A DNA stretch of 19,369 nucleotides, from contig CAYWGS010000021.1 of NCBI GenBank assembly GCA_964457525.1, positions 1-19,369 of the forward strand, read 5' to 3'. This stretch comes from an uncultured Erysipelotrichaceae bacterium (GTDB lineage: Bacteria; Bacillota_I; Bacilli_A; Erysipelotrichales; Erysipelotrichaceae). Of the stretch, positions 15,281 to 19,369 are shown piece by piece. The notes under the pieces were generated by a model. It worked only from the letters and a program-made list of their open reading frames with translations, made no database searches and was not told where the DNA came from. The first letter of the stretch is position 1, and every line of letters begins with the position of its first letter. Made by a program: the position numbers and the translations under genes.

Positions 15281-17443
15281 CTATGTGATTAAATACTCAA
15301 GTAAACAAGTTTTACGTGGAATATCCTCGTTTACACTAATTCCTTGTGAAAATAATTGTTTTGATCCAATTAAAATCAGTGATTTACTTGCACGTGTAAC
15401 CGCAGTATATAAAAGTCGCTTCTGTAACATAAAACGATGTTCAGGTACTACTGGTAATATTACGATAGGATATTCACTTCCTTGAGCCTTATGTACAGAG
15501 ACACAATAAGCAAGTGTAATATGAATGAATGTTTCTGACGTATATTCCACAATTCGACCATCAAAGTCTACAATGATTCGATTCTGTTTTAATTCATCTT
15601 CTTTTGCATAGATAATCTCAATACAAACTCCAATATCTCCATTGTAAACATCATCATTGGGTTGATTCTTGAGTTGAAGTATCTTATCTTGCTCTCTAAA
15701 AATCTGCGTTCCAACTTTCAATTCACGCTTCATCTCGTCTGGTGGATTCACAAATTTCTGTATTGTGTGATTGAGCGCATCAATTCCAGCTAGACCTGAA
15801 TACATTGGGGCTAAGACTTGAATTTGTTGAAGAGGATATCCTTTTAACTGTGCTTGAGCCACAACCTCAAGTACGATTTGTTTGACATCTACCGCTCGAC
15901 ATTCAAACCATTTAATATCATTCTTAAGTACATCAAAATCAAGTTCTTTCTCACGTATTTGATGCGCTAAGCTAATCACATCAGAACCTTCTTTTTGACG
16001 ATAGATATGGGTTAGAGAGATAACAGGGAAGACCTGACAATCAATTAAATCCTTTAAGACTTGTCCAGGCGCAACGCTTGGTAATTGATCTTTATCACCA
16101 ACGATTAGAATCTTTTTAACTTGTTGGGACGCTTTTAATAAATGACTCATTAACCATGTATCAACCATTGAAAACTCATCCACAATGAGACAATCAATGG
16201 ATAAAGGATTTGTTTCATCCATCCCAAACGTATTAGACTCAAGATCCCATTTCAATAAAGAGTGTATCGTAAAAGACTCCACCCCATTTAATTCAAACAA
16301 ACGCTTGCTGGCACGACCTGTTGGGGCTGCACAAGCCAATGAATAACTTGGGTATAAGCGTTTCCATAAATGAATCATCGCCCCAATAACAGTGGATTTA
16401 CCCGTACCAGGTCCCCCAGTCATAATGGTAAAAGGGGAATGGAAGAAGGTTAAAATAGCTTCCTTTTGACTTTCATCGTAGGTAATATTCAATTCTTTCT
16501 CTAAAAGTTCAAGATGAACCATAACCTCTTCATCAGAAATGGGTTGTAAGTCTAAATAAGGATATTCTTTTAAGGTATGTGCGATATATTGTTCACTCTT
16601 ATATTGTGAAGGATGAAATATCTTCTCGTTTACTTGAAAAAGTTTTTGTGATTGTACCGCATCTTTAAGTAATTGATCAAAGTCTAAACTATTATCATTA
16701 AATTGATTGGCAAATACTTGTGCTAAACGTTCATATTCAACGTAGCTATCCCCTGTACGCATGCATTCTTCCATGGTCATGGCACATAACCCAGCCATTA
16801 ATCGTCTTGGGTCATCCCAATCAAAACCCATATTCAAAGCTAATTTATCCGCTATTTTAAATCCAATTCCATCGACTTCTTCAATCAATCGATACGGATT
16901 TTCTTTAACCAATCGATAAGCATCTTTACCATATGCCCGTTCTAAACGTAAGATATTACGAATTCCTAATCCATGTGTTGTAAAGAAACGAATCGCTTCT
17001 TCATCTTCTCCATAGTTAACTAAACCATTGACAAGTGCTTCTTCTTTCTTTGGAGTATATCCTTTAATTTCTTTCAATAAACTTGGATTCTCCTTTAAAA
17101 TAACCAAAGAATCTTCACCCCATCGATCTACAATCGATTCCGCGAACTTCTTACCGATCCCAGGAAATAAAGGGGAGGATAAGAAGGTAATAATGGATTC
17201 AGGCTCTGTCGGTAAAACACGATGATAATGTTGAACCTGAAACTGCATGCCAAAGCGTGGATGATCTAAATACGTTCCTGTTAAGTTGAGTAAACAATCA
17301 TCTTGAAACTGTGGGAGGTATCCAGTAATGGTAATCATTTTCTCATTAAGTTCATACAAACGAAAACGCGCCACAGTGTAGCGAGTTTTTTCATCTTTGT
17401 ATATAATATGACCTATTTTACCAACGATACTCGTAGTTTCCAT
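15281..17443 (-). CDS. recD2: ATP-dependent RecD-like DNA helicase (SF1B, RecD2/YrrC type)
   Basis: N-terminal OB-like domain, HhH repeats (GIGKKFAESI, VDGIGFKIADKLA), Walker A GGPGTGKST, Walker B LIVDEFSMV, VGDKDQLPSV, and C-terminal SVHKAQGSEYP and LYTAVTRA. Confidence 0.92.
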   Translation of the reverse strand: METTSIVGKIGHIIYKDEKTRYTVARFRLYELNEKMITITGYLPQFQDDCLLNLTGTYLDHPRFGMQFQVQHYHRVLPTEPESIITFLSSPLFPGIGKKFAESIVDRWGEDSLVILKENPSLLKEIKGYTPKKEEALVNGLVNYGEDEEAIRFFTTHGLGIRNILRLERAYGKDAYRLVKENPYRLIEEVDGIGFKIADKLALNMGFDWDDPRRLMAGLCAMTMEECMRTGDSYVEYERLAQVFANQFNDNSLDFDQLLKDAVQSQKLFQVNEKIFHPSQYKSEQYIAHTLKEYPYLDLQPISDEEVMVHLELLEKELNITYDESQKEAILTFFHSPFTIMTGGPGTGKSTVIGAMIHLWKRLYPSYSLACAAPTGRASKRLFELNGVESFTIHSLLKWDLESNTFGMDETNPLSIDCLIVDEFSMVDTWLMSHLLKASQQVKKILIVGDKDQLPSVAPGQVLKDLIDCQVFPVISLTHIYRQKEGSDVISLAHQIREKELDFDVLKNDIKWFECRAVDVKQIVLEVVAQAQLKGYPLQQIQVLAPMYSGLAGIDALNHTIQKFVNPPDEMKRELKVGTQIFREQDKILQLKNQPNDDVYNGDIGVCIEIIYAKEDELKQNRIIVDFDGRIVEYTSETFIHITLAYCVSVHKAQGSEYPIVILPVVPEHRFMLQKRLLYTAVTRASKSLILIGSKQLFSQGISVNEDIPRKTCLLEYLIT

Positions 17444-18153
17444 TAAAACATTCCTATTGCACTAATTGCTAATAATCCAATCGCATTATTAATGAAGTGT
17501 AATGCCATTGAACTAACAATTGAACCACTCTTAATATAAGCTCGATTAAGGAAATAACCTAATAACGCATAGGTGAAGAAGAACCATAAGTCTCCTAAAT
17601 TACCACTTAACACAGAGTTATAGACATGTGCTAAACCGAATAAACTACTACTGATTAGGGTCGCAAGAAACATTGATTTCTTTGATAATGCACCAAAGAT
17701 TAACCCTCTAAACATAATTTCTTCCACAATCGGTGCATAGAGTAATGCTTGTATCACAATTAAGTAAGGGGCTTGAGCATACAAATCAATAATCATCGAT
17801 TGATTCTCAGCTTCAACTTGACCGGTAAATTGTGTAATTAATAAGTTTGTTACAATTGATCCCAACAACATTAAAGGCAAGGTTGTAATAATTGTTTTAA
17901 ATACTTTTCCCGGATTGTCCGCTAATTCATTGATTGAACGAGTAAGTAAATCCTTTGTTAGAAAGATACTTGTTACTAACATGACAATACTATAGAGAGT
18001 ATCTGCTTTACCATCAAACAACCAAGACTCAATTCCAAATGCCGCAATGATTGCGAATAAAATTAAGGGATAGATTAAGAAATAACCTAAGGTAAAATGA
18101 AAGAGTAAAAAGAATGATTTTTTCTTTGAATAATTTAAACTATAAGGATGCAT
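17443..18153 (-). CDS. CPBP family intramembrane glutamic endopeptidase (CAAX protease / Abi family)
   Basis: Multi-TM protein with the three CPBP motifs: PIVEEIMFRG (EExxxR), FGLAHV (FxxxH) and HFINN (HxxxN). GGAGG lies 6 nt before the ATG. The stop shares one base with the recD2 start (TAATG). Confidence 0.85.
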   Translation of the reverse strand: MHPYSLNYSKKKSFFLLFHFTLGYFLIYPLILFAIIAAFGIESWLFDGKADTLYSIVMLVTSIFLTKDLLTRSINELADNPGKVFKTIITTLPLMLLGSIVTNLLITQFTGQVEAENQSMIIDLYAQAPYLIVIQALLYAPIVEEIMFRGLIFGALSKKSMFLATLISSSLFGLAHVYNSVLSGNLGDLWFFFTYALLGYFLNRAYIKSGSIVSSMALHFINNAIGLLAISAIGMF

Positions 18154-19291
18154 TTTTTACCTCCGCAAGAATCGATGATAAAGACTTATTATCACGATAA
18201 ATCTCATCAATCACACCACCACCTAAACACACATCATTGAGATAGAAGACAGCTTCTTGTCCAGGTGTTACAGCAGGAATCCCTTGTGGATACGAAACCC
18301 ATAATTCTTGATCATTGATCATTTGAATCACAACATCTTGATCTTTTTGGCGATATCTAAACTTGGCATGACAAACAAGTGGTTTACTTAAATCAATTGG
18401 ATTAAACCAGTTTAATTGATTGACTCGACATGCGTCAGATTTTAACCATGGATGATCTTCGCCTCTAGCCACAAATAATTCATTGGTATAAACATCTTTA
18501 CCAACCACAAACCATGGACCTTCATGAGCTGAAATATCCAAGCCCTTTCTTTGACCTAAGGTATAATAAAGAACCCCAATATGATCTCCTAAAACTTGTT
18601 TGGTATCAATATCAACAATCTTTCCACTTTTAGCAGGAAGATAGTTTCTTAAGAATTGTCTAAAATTACGTTCACCGATAAAACAGATTCCAGTTGAATC
18701 TTTCTTCTTCGCAACATTTAAATCAAGTTTCAATGCGATCTCACGAACTTCTTTCTTTTCGATTTCACCCAAAGGGAAGAGTGTTCTACGTAAAGCATCT
18801 TGAGAGATTTGACATAAGAAATAACTTTGATCCTTAGATGAATCCTTTGCCTTAATCATTTCACTATGATCATCATAATGAACAACACGTGCATAATGAC
18901 CTGTCGCTACTTTATCAAAACCATGTTCATCCGCGAATTTAAAGAATGCGTCAAACTTAATGTATTTATTGCATAAGATATCTGGATTCGGTGTACGACC
19001 ACTTGCGTATTCTTTTAAGAACGTTGTGAAGACATCATCCCAATACTCTTGTATAAAATCAATACGATGAAGTGGTAAGTCTAAACGCTTTGCGACTTCT
19101 ACCGCATCGTTATAGTCTTGTTCCTGGGTACAAATGGCTTCATCCAAGGTAGGATTGCCTAAAATATCATTGTTTGTCAATGAATCCCAATTGCGCATAA
19201 ATGCGCATTCGACTTGATAGCCTTGTTCTTTTAATAGATAAGCGGCGACGGCTGAATCGACGCCTCCTGAGAGTCCAACGAGTATTTTCAT
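18140..19291 (-). CDS. mnmA: tRNA 2-thiouridine(34) synthase
   Basis: PP-loop MKILVGLSGGVDSAVAA at the N-terminus, catalytic cysteines in NPDILCNKYIKF and STGICFIG, and a full-length match to the MnmA/TrmU layout. The MKIL start (19291) is preferred over the ORF-track ATG at 19309. Confidence 0.95.
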   Translation of the reverse strand: MKILVGLSGGVDSAVAAYLLKEQGYQVECAFMRNWDSLTNNDILGNPTLDEAICTQEQDYNDAVEVAKRLDLPLHRIDFIQEYWDDVFTTFLKEYASGRTPNPDILCNKYIKFDAFFKFADEHGFDKVATGHYARVVHYDDHSEMIKAKDSSKDQSYFLCQISQDALRRTLFPLGEIEKKEVREIALKLDLNVAKKKDSTGICFIGERNFRQFLRNYLPAKSGKIVDIDTKQVLGDHIGVLYYTLGQRKGLDISAHEGPWFVVGKDVYTNELFVARGEDHPWLKSDACRVNQLNWFNPIDLSKPLVCHAKFRYRQKDQDVVIQMINDQELWVSYPQGIPAVTPGQEAVFYLNDVCLGGGVIDEIYRDNKSLSSILAEVKNASL

Positions 19292-19297
19292 GCAATG

Positions 19298-19306
19298 ATT
19301 ATACCA
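19298..19306 (-). promoter_or_regulatory. Extended -10 promoter (TGGTATAAT) 6 nt before the mnmA ATG
   Basis: The minus strand reads TTTTTTTTATG-TGGTATAAT-CATTGC-ATG(AAA ATA CTC). No Shine-Dalgarno. Confidence 0.55.
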
Positions 19307-19309
19307 CAT

Positions 19310-19338
19310 AAAAAAAAGCTGTTGATTAAACAGCTTTT
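19310..19338 (-). terminator. Rho-independent terminator of the gene upstream of mnmA (beyond the window)
   Basis: Hairpin AAAAGCTGTT-GATTA-AACAGCTTTT at 19314-19338. On the minus strand it is followed by a T8 run (19317-19310). The stem has only 3 G:C pairs. Confidence 0.6.
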
Positions 19339-19369
19339 AACCTTGGTTGATTTGCCTTATCAAGATCTA

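Noticed and set aside
13060-17225. ORFs 13060-13254, 14020-14238, 14424-14645, 14642-14881, 15285-15485 and 17028-17225 (all +)
   Set aside because: All are antisense to the ABC permease, ABC ATPase or recD2 genes, which have unambiguous motifs. None has an RBS or recognisable fold signature.
12573-18153. CPBP (Abi-like) protease plus ABC-2 exporter plus SdpI-like DUF1648 protein, considered as a bacteriocin immunity or export locus
   Set aside because: There is no precursor-peptide ORF, no modification enzyme and no intergenic space to hide one. The genes are embedded in the mnmA-recD2 housekeeping operon. The idea is retained only as a phenotype to test.
83-19309. Longest-ORF start codons at 83, 4700 (TTG), 4763, 9663, 9973, 11087 and 19309
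   Set aside because: In each case an internal ATG has a better Shine-Dalgarno or promoter context and reproduces the canonical family N-terminus. Several of the extensions lie inside the preceding gene or inside a promoter element.
1-19369. Search for tRNA, rRNA, CRISPR repeats, IS elements, integrases, att-like direct repeats or compositional islands
   Set aside because: No non-coding gap exceeds about 95 nt. I noticed no repeated spacer-repeat periodicity, no recombinase or transposase motifs, and no obvious composition shift.
19339-19369. Open minus-strand frame at the right edge (..DLDKANQPRLKAV*) ending inside the terminator loop
   Set aside because: Only 13 codons are visible. It plausibly is the end of the upstream gene, but this is not supportable from the window.

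Overview
AT-rich, very gene-dense chromosomal segment that looks like a low-GC Gram-positive (Bacillota-type) bacterium with a cell wall (murB and a VanY-type peptidase are present). I call 21 complete CDS plus one partial CDS at the left edge. No intergenic gap exceeds about 95 nt. I found no rRNA, tRNA, CRISPR array, transposase, integrase or repeat-bounded element, and every short ORF in the six-frame track that nests inside a longer ORF looks spurious. Layout: (i) 1-6087 holds small mixed-orientation units: nitroreductase, PIG-L deacetylase, membrane-anchored alpha/beta hydrolase, VanY-like DD-carboxypeptidase, ArsB/NhaD-type permease, SDR and QueT. (ii) 6134-12536 is one plus-strand array: tcdA, NYN-LOTUS protein, murB, hflX, YbjQ-family protein, cysteine desulfurase, mini-thioredoxin and a Trx-fused CcdA/DsbD-like membrane protein. 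(iii) 12573-19291 is one minus-strand array: mnmA, CPBP protease, recD2, DUF1648 protein, ABC ATPase and a fused ABC-2 permease. Blocks ii and iii converge on a perfect bidirectional terminator at about 12542-12567. I do not see a convincing novel defence or mobile system; this is mostly housekeeping DNA. The observations I consider most worth following up are: a two-gene thiol-disulfide relay translationally coupled to a cysteine desulfurase; two textbook leaderless-mRNA geometries (TGnTATAAT, 6 nt, ATG, no Shine-Dalgarno); an uncharacterised NYN-LOTUS predicted RNase between tcdA and murB; an unusual mnmA-CPBP-recD2-DUF1648-ABC operon; and three convergent gene pairs whose stop codons overlap by exactly 4 nt with no terminator. 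All family calls come from motif recognition by eye. No database search was run.
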